Part shown: piece by piece, positions 16,821 through 25,646 of the stretch
How positions within the stretch are numbered: position 1 is the first letter of the stretch
How the letters are laid out: each line of letters begins with the position of its first letter
Source: Parcubacteria group bacterium
GTDB lineage: Bacteria; Patescibacteriota; Minisyncoccia; Moranbacterales; UBA2206
Assembly (NCBI GenBank): GCA_041659585.1
Contig: JBAZXY010000002.1
Coordinates: 1-40,761, forward strand
Length of the DNA: 40,761 nucleotides
Direction of reading: 5' to 3'
The notes under the pieces: generated by a model
The model's database searches: none
What the model saw: the letters and a program-made list of their open reading frames with translations, nothing else
Told to the model about the DNA's origin: nothing
Program-made: the position numbers and the translations under genes

Positions 16821-18519
16821 CTAACAGTTCTGGCGATTGGACCAGGGGGATTTCAATGATGAAGCGCGAACCATGATCTTGACCATCGGATTCCGCCCAG
16901 ATTTTGCCGCCATTGGACTCAATCATGTTGCGACCCACATAGAGTCCCAGGCCGGTGCCGCCGGTGTTGAGGCGGGAAATGTCTTTGCCACGTGAAAATT
17001 TAGCAAACAAATAGGGCAATTCTGTAGCCGGCACGCCGATGCCGGTGTCCGCCACGGTGATACGAGCTGCGTCACCCACCTGTTGCAAGCGCAATGTCAC
17101 GCCGCCATGGCCATGCAAAGTATATTTGAGCGCGTTGTCTACCAAATTAGAGATCACTTCGCGCACTTTCACCCCATCAATAGTCACTTCCGGCACAGGA
17201 GTTTCCGGCGGCGTATATTCCAAATATAGGTCATTATCCTTGGCTCGCAAGGCAAAAGTATCCAACACTTCTCCACAAATTTTTTCCAAATCCCATTGGT
17301 CGAATTTGAATTCCATGCGGCCAGATTCGATGCGGGAGATGTTGAGCAAATCCTCCACCAAAGTGATCAAGCGTTCGTTGCTGATATAGATCTTGTTCAG
17401 CACTTCCACGTGCTTTTCTCCCACCGGGCCATAGGAACCTTCCAAGAGCAGAGACAAGAAGCCCTTGATGGCAGTGAGGGGGGTGCGCAACTGATGGGAA
17501 GCGATGGAGATAAACTCTGATTTGGCATTGTCCAAGGTGCGCAACTGATCATTGGACTGCGCCAAGCGGTCGGCCATCATCTGCAATTCATCCTTTCTCT
17601 CAACCAATTCCGCGCTGGAAATTTCCAAAGCCTCGCGCAACGCCACTTCCTTTTTCACCGAACGAATCAAATTCCAGCCCATGATGGCAGTCAAAAGCAA
17701 GGTGATGCCGGTCAATACTTGATTAGTGGTGGTTCGCACGAAAGCGAACATCGAAGCGATGAGAATGACCTGCGCCACAATCAAAGCCTGCGTTCCAATA
17801 AGCTTAATATTGAACGCTTTAAATTTAACTATCATATATGCCAATATGCCAATAAAAACAGGCATTCCAAATAATCCATATTGAGTCATCTTCCAATCAA
17901 GAGTGATACTGCCGAATACATTTGTCCAAGAAAAAGAAAGTAAAAAAAATAAAATTCCAGCACCAATCAATAAAATTTGTTTTTTGAAATATATATCTCT
18001 TTCTTTTATGTATTTATAAATTATATAGGAAAGTAATACTATTGCAATAAACATCTCTACTAAATAACCTAATTTAAAAATTGAACCCTCGATAGACTCA
18101 CAACTATCAATATTAAATATTGGGATATTAATATTTGTATATGTTAAACCTAAAAAAATAGAAACTATCATTGCATACAATATATTTAAAAAAACACTTG
18201 CCTTATTCTTATTTATATAAGCATATGCAAAATAAAAACTGCTAGTAAATATGATTATTTCTAACATAGGAAAAAAAGACCACACAGCTGTTATTATTGC
18301 AGAGTTGTTACTTGTCCAAGTGATTAAGCTAAACAATGTCCATATAAAAATACTAAAGGAAATAATAAAGAATAGTATACTAGTTAAACTCCTATTCCTT
18401 GATATAATAAAAAATCCAAAAAACAAAGACACTATTGCTGTAGGGATATGCGAATAGTAAATCATATCAGGAGCAGTAACGCAGCCACCTTGAACATTTG
18501 TTATTAAATTATATAACAT
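16807..18519 (-). CDS. sensor histidine kinase with N-terminal 7TM sensor domain (HisKA + HATPase_c)
   Basis: H-box FISIASHQLRTPLTAIKG, N-box VISNLVDNALKY, G-boxes DTGIGV and GTGLGLYVGRNMIESNGGKIWAES. There are about 7 N-terminal TM helices. No response regulator is present in the window. Confidence 0.9.
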   Translation of the reverse strand: MLYNLITNVQGGCVTAPDMIYYSHIPTAIVSLFFGFFIISRNRSLTSILFFIISFSIFIWTLFSLITWTSNNSAIITAVWSFFPMLEIIIFTSSFYFAYAYINKNKASVFLNILYAMIVSIFLGLTYTNINIPIFNIDSCESIEGSIFKLGYLVEMFIAIVLLSYIIYKYIKERDIYFKKQILLIGAGILFFLLSFSWTNVFGSITLDWKMTQYGLFGMPVFIGILAYMIVKFKAFNIKLIGTQALIVAQVILIASMFAFVRTTTNQVLTGITLLLTAIMGWNLIRSVKKEVALREALEISSAELVERKDELQMMADRLAQSNDQLRTLDNAKSEFISIASHQLRTPLTAIKGFLSLLLEGSYGPVGEKHVEVLNKIYISNERLITLVEDLLNISRIESGRMEFKFDQWDLEKICGEVLDTFALRAKDNDLYLEYTPPETPVPEVTIDGVKVREVISNLVDNALKYTLHGHGGVTLRLQQVGDAARITVADTGIGVPATELPYLFAKFSRGKDISRLNTGGTGLGLYVGRNMIESNGGKIWAESDGQDHGSRFIIEIPLVQSPELLAKWE

Positions 18520-18535
18520 AATTTTATTATTATTT

Positions 18536-19075
18536 TTATATATTTATCTTTTTTTGTAGATAATGTTGGAAATATCCATTATATTTTTTTTGTAATTGTG
18601 GTATTTTCCAATCATTTTCAGTAATTACGCCTCTGCAATTATCTTTTTTACATAAACATTTCATCTCATATGCTTTCACCCCTCTTGATTTATGCAGAAC
18701 CATAGCGTAATCAAAGACCACCTCTTCTCCTGCTTCAATATTCCGCATAGCAACCAAAAAAATTTGGCCACCAAATCCAGCATTAGGATCACAACTATGA
18801 TTAAAAAAATCCGTATCAAATATCTCCTCTTCCTTAATTATCCCTAAAACAAAATTTTCATGTATTTGGAGAGCGTAATCATTCATGTATTCAGGCAAAT
18901 CATCTTCCTCTCTCACATCCATCACATATCCACCGAATATTGCCAACAATTCATCTTTTTTTATATCAGAAAGAGCAAAAACCCCCTTACCACATTCAGC
19001 AATATCCCTCACCTCTAAACTAGAGTTAATCCAGGAAAAATCTTTTTTATTATTATTTTGGGAAACTTTTTTCAT
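18536..19075 (-). CDS. SET-domain protein (putative protein lysine methyltransferase)
   Basis: FFNHSCDPNAGF (NHSC motif), EEVVFDYA, and the post-SET-like CLCKKDNCRG. It lies 16 nt upstream of the kinase start. Confidence 0.85.
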   Translation of the reverse strand: MKKVSQNNNKKDFSWINSSLEVRDIAECGKGVFALSDIKKDELLAIFGGYVMDVREEDDLPEYMNDYALQIHENFVLGIIKEEEIFDTDFFNHSCDPNAGFGGQIFLVAMRNIEAGEEVVFDYAMVLHKSRGVKAYEMKCLCKKDNCRGVITENDWKIPQLQKKYNGYFQHYLQKKINI

Positions 19076-19115
19076 AAATTTTCTACTATTTCTAAAAGAA
19101 ATGCTACCTGAATAT

Positions 19116-19144
19116 ATTTTACCATATTCTTAAGATAAAACCAA
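19116..19144 (-). promoter_or_regulatory. sigma70-like promoter (TTGGTT-17-TAAAAT with TGn extension) for SET-kinase
   Basis: On the minus strand TTGGTT is at 19144-19139 and tgGTAAAAT ends at 19116, about 40 nt upstream of the ATG at 19075. Confidence 0.45.
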
Positions 19145-19174
19145 TTTAACAACAAAGATTTAAAATAAAAATAA

Positions 19175-19203
19175 GGCGTGGAATTGCAGATGCAACCCAC
19201 GCC
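19175..19203 (-). terminator. intrinsic terminator after the 257-aa membrane protein gene
   Basis: ggcgtgg...ccacgcc stem with an inner ttgc/gcaa extension, followed on the minus strand by TTATTTTTATTTT. Confidence 0.6.
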
Positions 19204-19219
19204 CATAGAGCGCTAAACT

Positions 19220-19993
19220 CTATATAGCCCTTATGGCTTCGAATACAGATTCGTATCCATAGCTATACAGCCATGCCCAGAACAAACCCTGGATGGCAGC
19301 TAAGAAAACTAACACCAGGGTCATTCCACCGAAACCACCGATTTCCTTTTTAAAGAAGATCGGCACTTGTTCTGGACCATCCCAGATAGTGGCTTTTGCG
19401 TTGAGAACTACCATACCGAGATACCCAACTATTTTTGATTCCCTGTGGATAACATCGATTGCTCGACGATATCCGTTGCCAAAGGTTACGTCCTTGCCGG
19501 TTCTAAGGCTATAGATCATAAACCCCCAAGCGACCAGAAAATCATAAACAGCTGTAGCCATGACTACTTCGATGAAATCTCTCTTGAAGTAGTTGAGGAC
19601 TGCTACCACTCCCATACAGGCAAATACTGCCCAATAGTCCATGGCAACATACCAAGCTCTTTGGCGAAGGGTCATTCTGACACTCGCAGCCATTTCTTCA
19701 TGACTATCATCCTCGACAATCTGGAAGAATTCTCTCGTGGCTTCCTTGATTACCCCCACCACTCTTGTATGACCAAAGACTTCTAGCATCCAAACCGTAA
19801 AACAAACAAGCACACAAAAACAACTAACAGGCATCACCGAAGAAATAACCACTCTCGTGACCAGATCATCAACTTGAAACATGTTTTTTGAAGCTGTGAA
19901 TACCTGCGCTCCCATCACGATTAAATAGAACAGTGACAAGATTTTATTTTCCCAAATCTCCTCAAACAACCGCACAGAAGTTCTCCAGACCAT
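19220..19993 (-). CDS. hypothetical polytopic membrane protein
   Basis: 257 aa with about 6 hydrophobic segments. GGGGGTAGGAAG lies immediately upstream of the ATG. No family motif recognised. Confidence 0.6.
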   Translation of the reverse strand: MVWRTSVRLFEEIWENKILSLFYLIVMGAQVFTASKNMFQVDDLVTRVVISSVMPVSCFCVLVCFTVWMLEVFGHTRVVGVIKEATREFFQIVEDDSHEEMAASVRMTLRQRAWYVAMDYWAVFACMGVVAVLNYFKRDFIEVVMATAVYDFLVAWGFMIYSLRTGKDVTFGNGYRRAIDVIHRESKIVGYLGMVVLNAKATIWDGPEQVPIFFKKEIGGFGGMTLVLVFLAAIQGLFWAWLYSYGYESVFEAIRAI

Positions 19994-20044
19994 CTTCCTA
20001 CCCCCTATATGTTGTATTCACTTTTTAAGTTACTCGTTTGATAC

Positions 20045-20112
20045 ATCAAAATGATCCTATATCACTTTGATTTACTATTCTAGCACAAAAAACACTTTTT
20101 GTCAAACAAAAA
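20045..20112. repeat. 68-bp duplicated promoter/leader module, copy A (66/68 identical to 23559-23626)
   Basis: Read directly: atcaaaatgatcctatatcactttgatttactattctagcacaaaaaacactttttgtcaaacaaaaa. Confidence 0.9.
20077..20105 (-). promoter_or_regulatory. sigma70 promoter TTGACA-17-TAGAAT (copy A) driving the 19220-19993 gene
   Basis: On the minus strand TTGACA is at 20105-20100, followed by a 17-nt spacer and TAGAAT at 20082-20077. Confidence 0.6.
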
Positions 20113-20215
20113 AATGTAAGCGTTACTTTTCACTGTCCTATGCCATCAAAAAAAGGCCTCTATTGGCCCTTTTTTGCTATTTATCATATCACCCGATACT
20201 ACCTGCTAAATATAT

Positions 20216-21520
20216 TTACTTAAGCCAACCCCATTTTTTGAGCTTGGCAAAATCTTCCTGTATGAATTTTTCCCCAATATCCGTTCGATAGAACATTTTG
20301 GGAATGATAATTTTGTTAATAAGGTTATATGTTTTTTCTCTGGCCTCCTCCACTGTATCCCCCATGCCTGTCACATGCATGATAAACCCGCTATCACTGG
20401 CGATATAGAAAATATCTCTGCCATCTTCTTTTTTCAAAGAAACCTCTTCAAAATGAATGTGATCAAAATCCTCTTCCGTCACGCCATCAAAAATAATTTC
20501 TACCCCCAGTGAGGAATATTCCTTTGAAGTTATGGCATAGGGAAACGGCGGAGTGGCCACCAACACCACGATGCCATAGCCTTTTTTATATTGCAAATCA
20601 TAGGTCTGACCATCCGCCACCGCCTTCAAAAATTCTCCCCACGGAGACAAATGCAATTCACTTTGTAGTTGCAAAGCCGGAAAACCAAAACGCGCTGTGA
20701 ATTCCAACGGAAAAGCCCCGTCTTCATTGACAATGCAATTCACTTCCACATCTCCGCGAAAATCACCCGCAATCAAAATCGGTTTTAATTTTGCCAAAAT
20801 ATCGGTGAAAAATCGATTTTTTTCATCCGCATCATACCACATCAAAGTTCCCATTTCATAGGTCTGTGGCCCCAGATTTCCATTACAAAGATTCTTGTGC
20901 TCCAAATTCATTTCAATCGGACCCACCCAGTCCGTACCGTTGAAATATCTTCCCACACCAATCTCCACGCCGGAAATTTTCTTTTGCAAATCAATTGAAT
21001 CTGACTCGCTCTTTTTGCTTTTTACATATCTTCTCAGCACATCCTCCACATCCTTGCCATTCTCGCATTGACCCACATAACTGAAAGCTTTGTCGCCATG
21101 GCCATTTTGCTTGATGACCCAAGGACCTTTGTTTTTTTGCACAAAAGCAATGGCCTCTTCGCCATTGCTAAAATTTATCAATGGAGCGATTTGCGCCCCA
21201 CACGCAGAAAGAACCTCCTGCCCGAATTGCCTTCCATCCTCAAGCTTGTCGCCAAAATCACTGCCACCGATTACGGAATAGCCTTTTTTTCGCAATTCAT
21301 CCTGAATCTTGCCATAACCCGTGGTGTCGAAAATAAACAAACCTTCTTTTCCCACCCAATCAATCTCCTTTTCCCAATTATCCGTTTTCTCAATCATCTG
21401 ATCTAGGTTATTGCGTTGATCATCATTCAAAGCAAAAAGACGGACATCGTGTCCCTCTTTTTTCAAACGCAAAGACATCGGAGCAATGGACAGGTCATTT
21501 GAAATACAAAGTATATTCAT
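20216..21520 (-). CDS. PurD-like (glycinamide ribonucleotide synthetase family) ATP-grasp ligase, non-canonical N-terminus
   Basis: WVIKQNGHGDKAF, EHKNLCNGNLGPQTYEMG (compare PurD DHKR..DGD.GPNTGGMG) and PLEFTARFGFPA (compare EFNCRFGDPE). It lacks the PurD N-terminal GGREHA motif. Confidence 0.7.
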   Translation of the reverse strand: MNILCISNDLSIAPMSLRLKKEGHDVRLFALNDDQRNNLDQMIEKTDNWEKEIDWVGKEGLFIFDTTGYGKIQDELRKKGYSVIGGSDFGDKLEDGRQFGQEVLSACGAQIAPLINFSNGEEAIAFVQKNKGPWVIKQNGHGDKAFSYVGQCENGKDVEDVLRRYVKSKKSESDSIDLQKKISGVEIGVGRYFNGTDWVGPIEMNLEHKNLCNGNLGPQTYEMGTLMWYDADEKNRFFTDILAKLKPILIAGDFRGDVEVNCIVNEDGAFPLEFTARFGFPALQLQSELHLSPWGEFLKAVADGQTYDLQYKKGYGIVVLVATPPFPYAITSKEYSSLGVEIIFDGVTEEDFDHIHFEEVSLKKEDGRDIFYIASDSGFIMHVTGMGDTVEEAREKTYNLINKIIIPKMFYRTDIGEKFIQEDFAKLKKWGWLK

Positions 21521-21565
21521 AAAATTTATTTCTTGTTTACCATTAAAACTACAAGGCGATCTATG

Positions 21566-22342
21566 CTATTCTTTTTCACCAAATAGGAATGAATCATCCT
21601 CTCCATAGCTGGGAATCATAATGTCCGACCTTTCTACGTTCTTGAATTCTTTTTCAGTCAATCCTTGCAAAATTTTTGAACCATCGACATATTTTTCTTC
21701 AACCTTGGAGTCTCCGGCCTGCAGAGCCATCCATCCGCCACTTTTCAAAGCTTTTTTTGAAAGATTCAGCACCTTGGTAAAAAATTCTTCAAATTCCGCT
21801 CGTTGATCTTCTGTGATTGGCTCTCCGGTGAAATCACACACAATCCCATCAAAACTTTCTTCCACCCCCGCACGCTCCAAATAGGCGAAGGCATCGCCAA
21901 TAATAAGCTCCAACCTTCGATCATTAAAAACTTTTTGATCGAGATATTTTTTGCAACCCACAATGACTTCCATATCAATCTCCACCATCCTCACCGTCAC
22001 GTTGGGATTCGACTTGAGAGCCAATTCTGCCACATAGCCATCTCCGCCTCCAAGCACAAGAATGTTCCGGTCCGTGTCTTTCATTTTTTTTAGAATTTCC
22101 TGATCATAGAGATGATGATCTTTTTCTGCAGTTTGCATAATGCCATCGATTATCATACATCGTCCAAATTCTTGTGTATCCACAAAGGTGATTTCTTGAA
22201 AATCTGATTTCACATGATGCAATATTTCTTTGATTTCAATTTTCAACTCTCCGCCAGAAAATCTATTAGGAAGACCTATGTATTTTTTCTGACCATCAAA
22301 AGCAGGATCTGCAGATATGCTCACTTGCTCATTTTTATGCAT
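21566..22342 (-). CDS. divergent spermidine synthase-like aminopropyltransferase (paralog of the C-terminal domain of the upstream fusion)
   Basis: ILVLGGGDGYVAELALK (GGGDG SAM/dcSAM motif), VEIDMEVI, IVCDFTGEP (compare D.TDP), MIPSYGE. Confidence 0.75.
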   Translation of the reverse strand: MHKNEQVSISADPAFDGQKKYIGLPNRFSGGELKIEIKEILHHVKSDFQEITFVDTQEFGRCMIIDGIMQTAEKDHHLYDQEILKKMKDTDRNILVLGGGDGYVAELALKSNPNVTVRMVEIDMEVIVGCKKYLDQKVFNDRRLELIIGDAFAYLERAGVEESFDGIVCDFTGEPITEDQRAEFEEFFTKVLNLSKKALKSGGWMALQAGDSKVEEKYVDGSKILQGLTEKEFKNVERSDIMIPSYGEDDSFLFGEKE

Positions 22343-22379
22343 TGTTTTTCATTTAACAATTTAATCCGCAAAGACAAAT

Positions 22380-23447
22380 TTATTTCTTTTCCGCAAACAA
22401 GAAAGCATAGGTTTCCCCATAGCTCGGAATAAAAATATCAGTTCTGGTCACATTAAATACTTTTTTCTCCAAGATACCCTGTATAATATCTGACCCATCA
22501 ATGAATCCTTTCATTGCGCATGACGCACCACCCCGGATGCTTATCCAGCCTGCTTGTTTGATTTTTTTCTCTGAGAAAGTAATCATTTCTTCAAAAAATT
22601 TCCTAAAATCATTTTCCTCTTTTTTCGTTCCAATCGGAGTATCAGTGAGATCGCAAACTATTCCATCATAGACATTGTCGGTATGTTTCAGAAAGTGCAC
22701 CGCATCTCCAATGGAAAGGTTGACATTTTCATTAGCAAAAATATCTTGGTCTAGAAATTTTTGAGCATATCTCACCACCTCCACATCCAAATCAACTATA
22801 TCCACTTTCAATTCAGGATGCTCCTGCATAGCTCGTTGAGCGACATAGCCATCTCCTCCGCCTAAAATCAAAATTTGCTTGTCAGTTTTTCGCATTCTTT
22901 TCAGCAATTCTTTATCATAGAGGTTGTGATCAACTTCTGATGAACGCAAAACTCCATCAATAATCAAACATCTTCCATATTCCTTGGTCTTGGCTACCAC
23001 TATTTTTTGAAAATCTGATTGTGTTTCATGCAGAATCTCCTCAATTTCAAGTTTCATAGGCTTGCCACTGCAAGAAATGGGCAAGTTCAAAAATTGATAT
23101 CCCCGATTAATTTTCTCCGTGTTCACATGATCACAAGAAACCAATGCTTTTAATTTTTCAAAAGCAGCCCTGGTCTCTTCTTCGCTGGCGCAAGTGAAAA
23201 TATCGCAAGCCGCATAGCCCTTGTCCGGCCAAGTGTGCACGGAAATGTGCGAAGAGGACAGCAACAGAAAACCTGTCACGCCCTGGGGTTCAAATTTATA
23301 AAAATATTCGTGCAAAACTTCCATGGAAGTCCCTTCCACTGATTCAGGCAGAACTTTTTTCCAAAAATCCACCGAATCAATTTGCGCCGCATCGCAACCA
23401 AAAAATTCAATCAGATAGTGAATGCCGTTAGGAGTAGAGTTTTTCAT
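22380..23447 (-). CDS. fusion protein: pyruvoyl-dependent AdoMetDC-like (SpeH/SpeD class 1) N-domain + spermidine synthase-like C-domain
   Basis: N-domain: HYLIEFFGCD...GFLLLSSSHISVHTWPDKGYAACDIFTC (self-cleavage/pyruvoyl motif, normally ESH). C-domain: ILILGGGDGYVAQRAMQ, VDLDVEVV, IVCDLTDTP, FIPSYGE. Confidence 0.8.
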   Translation of the reverse strand: MKNSTPNGIHYLIEFFGCDAAQIDSVDFWKKVLPESVEGTSMEVLHEYFYKFEPQGVTGFLLLSSSHISVHTWPDKGYAACDIFTCASEEETRAAFEKLKALVSCDHVNTEKINRGYQFLNLPISCSGKPMKLEIEEILHETQSDFQKIVVAKTKEYGRCLIIDGVLRSSEVDHNLYDKELLKRMRKTDKQILILGGGDGYVAQRAMQEHPELKVDIVDLDVEVVRYAQKFLDQDIFANENVNLSIGDAVHFLKHTDNVYDGIVCDLTDTPIGTKKEENDFRKFFEEMITFSEKKIKQAGWISIRGGASCAMKGFIDGSDIIQGILEKKVFNVTRTDIFIPSYGETYAFLFAEKK

Positions 23448-23558
23448 AAAAAATATTTTTTATTTATCCTCCTTATATACTACCAAAAAATTCAACATAT
23501 TACAAAGCAAGCAATCAATCAGTCATCTCTTATCAGACACGGCCTGTTCAATTATTCA

Positions 23559-23626
23559 ATCAAAATAATCCTATATCACTTTGATTTTCTATTCTAGCAC
23601 AAAAAACACTTTTTGTCAAACAAAAA
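23559..23626. repeat. 68-bp duplicated promoter/leader module, copy B
   Basis: 66/68 identical to 20045-20112. Confidence 0.9.
23591..23619 (-). promoter_or_regulatory. sigma70 promoter TTGACA-17-TAGAAT (copy B) driving the polyamine operon
   Basis: On the minus strand TTGACA is at 23619-23614, followed by a 17-nt spacer and TAGAAT at 23596-23591. Confidence 0.6.
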
Positions 23627-23661
23627 TCGTACCCCTCCTCTTCCTCTCCGGCCAACAAAAA

Positions 23662-23680
23662 AAGGCTTTTTCGAAGCCTT
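23662..23680 (-). terminator. intrinsic terminator after the ABC exporter gene
   Basis: aaggctt / aagcctt 7-bp stem with a 5-nt loop. It is flanked by an A-run and a T-run, so it may work in both directions. Confidence 0.55.
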
Positions 23681-23727
23681 TTTTCTTTTCAGATAAAGCT
23701 ATCCGAGTACATCCTTAAGCACAACCT

Positions 23728-25473
23728 TTATACGCTAGTGTGTTGCAATTCATGCAATTTCTTGTAGACCCCCCCATGAGCCATCAGCTCCTCGTGATCT
23801 CCCCGCTCCACAATCCGACCATTTTCCAACACCAAAATCAAATCGGCTTTGCGAATCGTGCTCAAGCGATGCGCAATCACAAAAGTCGTTTTGCCTTGCA
23901 TGATTTCTTCCATGGCACTTTGCACATATTTTTCCGATTGGCTATCCAAAGCACTAGTCGCTTCATCCAGGATGAGAATCTTGGGATCACGCAAAATCGC
24001 CCGGGCAATGGTTAGACGCTGTCTTTGTCCGACTGACAGTCTAGACCCTCGATCGCCCACTAAAGTATTATATTGCTTCGGCAACTTATGCACAAACTCA
24101 TGACAATGCGCTTTTTTAGCCACCGCCAAAATATCCTCCGTTCGCAGAGTGCGTGACGCAGAATAAGCGATATTTTTCCTGATCGTGTCATGAAACAATC
24201 CATTTTCCTGCGAAACAATGCCGATATGCTCTCGCAAATCATGCAAATTGATGTTTTGGATATCCATCCCATCCAGCAGAATCCTTCCGGAGGATGGAGC
24301 GATAAAACGCGGCAACAAATCTAGCAGCGTGGTTTTTCCTTGTCCGCTTTTTCCCACAATCGCCACCACCTGTCCCGGGTGCGCGGTGAAATTAATATCT
24401 CTTAGCACTTCATGCGTACCATAAGAAAAAGAGACATGTTCAAACTGTATTTTCCCCACGCAAGATTTCAAGGCGTGCGCCTCCTTATCATCATAATTTT
24501 CTTCCTGTGACTGATAGATATCTTCCGCTCGACCGATTACCACCAGACCTTCTTGCAATTCTTTGTAGTTGCTGCCCAAAGTTTGGATGGAAGCGGAAGC
24601 CATGTTGATATAGGCCAACAGCATTATGAATTCTCCGATGGTGATTTTTCCCACCGAAACGAAATAGAGTCCCGACAAAAACAACCCGAGAAATCCAGTC
24701 GAAAAAACCACATGCTGCCATAATTGCAAATTCATCCACAGCCGCGTGTAGCGATCCACATAATGATAGATGATGTCATATTTTTTCAGCGCACTACGAT
24801 ATTCAGTTTCTTCGGCATTGTTAGCTTTGATAGCCATCACGTTCGGAGTGCGTTCAAAGGCGTCCCCATACACGTCTTCATAGCGCGCACTGATAGCATC
24901 ACTCTGCGTGATAATAGGCTGGATTTTGCGCAAGGTGATGAAAATAAAAATCAAAATGAACAATCCATAGATCAAGGCTAATTCCCATTTAATCCAAGCA
25001 ATCACCCCAAACGCCAGGATGGAAGTAAAGATGTGCGGTGCACTTTGTAAAAGCCCTTCATTGATGACTTTATCCATATAATCATCAGCGCGGTCAAATC
25101 TTTCCAGCAACTCTACTGTCTTATGATTCTTATGAAAAGCCAGTGGCAAACGAATGAGATGTCGCACATACTTAGCAAACATACCCACTCCCACCCGATA
25201 GCCAATCAGCACCCCGCGATGGATGCGCGCCCGCATACACCATTCACTAATCAAGCTCAAAACAAACCACAGCCCAATCAGTTCAATCACGTCCCAGGAA
25301 AAGGATTTATTAGTCACCACTCGGTCAATAGCCTTGCCATAGAACAATGGCAAAATCAACTGAATGCCATTTTCCACAATCACAAAAACTGCTGCTATTC
25401 CCAGTGCTTTCTTTTGCGGCAATAAATACTTAATAATAATTCCCAAATAGTTCCTGGTGTTTTTCATAGTCAC
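23728..25473 (-). CDS. ABC exporter, fused permease/ATPase (MsbA/type I exporter-like)
   Basis: Six N-terminal TM segments. Walker A GKSGQGKTT, signature LSVGQRQR, Walker B ILILDEATSALD, H-loop AHRLST. Confidence 0.9.
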   Translation of the reverse strand: MTMKNTRNYLGIIIKYLLPQKKALGIAAVFVIVENGIQLILPLFYGKAIDRVVTNKSFSWDVIELIGLWFVLSLISEWCMRARIHRGVLIGYRVGVGMFAKYVRHLIRLPLAFHKNHKTVELLERFDRADDYMDKVINEGLLQSAPHIFTSILAFGVIAWIKWELALIYGLFILIFIFITLRKIQPIITQSDAISARYEDVYGDAFERTPNVMAIKANNAEETEYRSALKKYDIIYHYVDRYTRLWMNLQLWQHVVFSTGFLGLFLSGLYFVSVGKITIGEFIMLLAYINMASASIQTLGSNYKELQEGLVVIGRAEDIYQSQEENYDDKEAHALKSCVGKIQFEHVSFSYGTHEVLRDINFTAHPGQVVAIVGKSGQGKTTLLDLLPRFIAPSSGRILLDGMDIQNINLHDLREHIGIVSQENGLFHDTIRKNIAYSASRTLRTEDILAVAKKAHCHEFVHKLPKQYNTLVGDRGSRLSVGQRQRLTIARAILRDPKILILDEATSALDSQSEKYVQSAMEEIMQGKTTFVIAHRLSTIRKADLILVLENGRIVERGDHEELMAHGGVYKKLHELQHTSV

Positions 25474-25646
25474 TTTTATTATTTTTTACCTCCCCCTAGC
25501 TTCTTTATGTTTATTGTAACATTTTTACGTTAAAAAAAATATGCCCTGCCATGACATTATCTAAGCCAGCACTGCCCTCAATCAACAACAATAGGATTTT
25601 TTTGTTCAAAAAAAACCGGCGCCCCCGCTTTTCCGGCCAACAAAAA

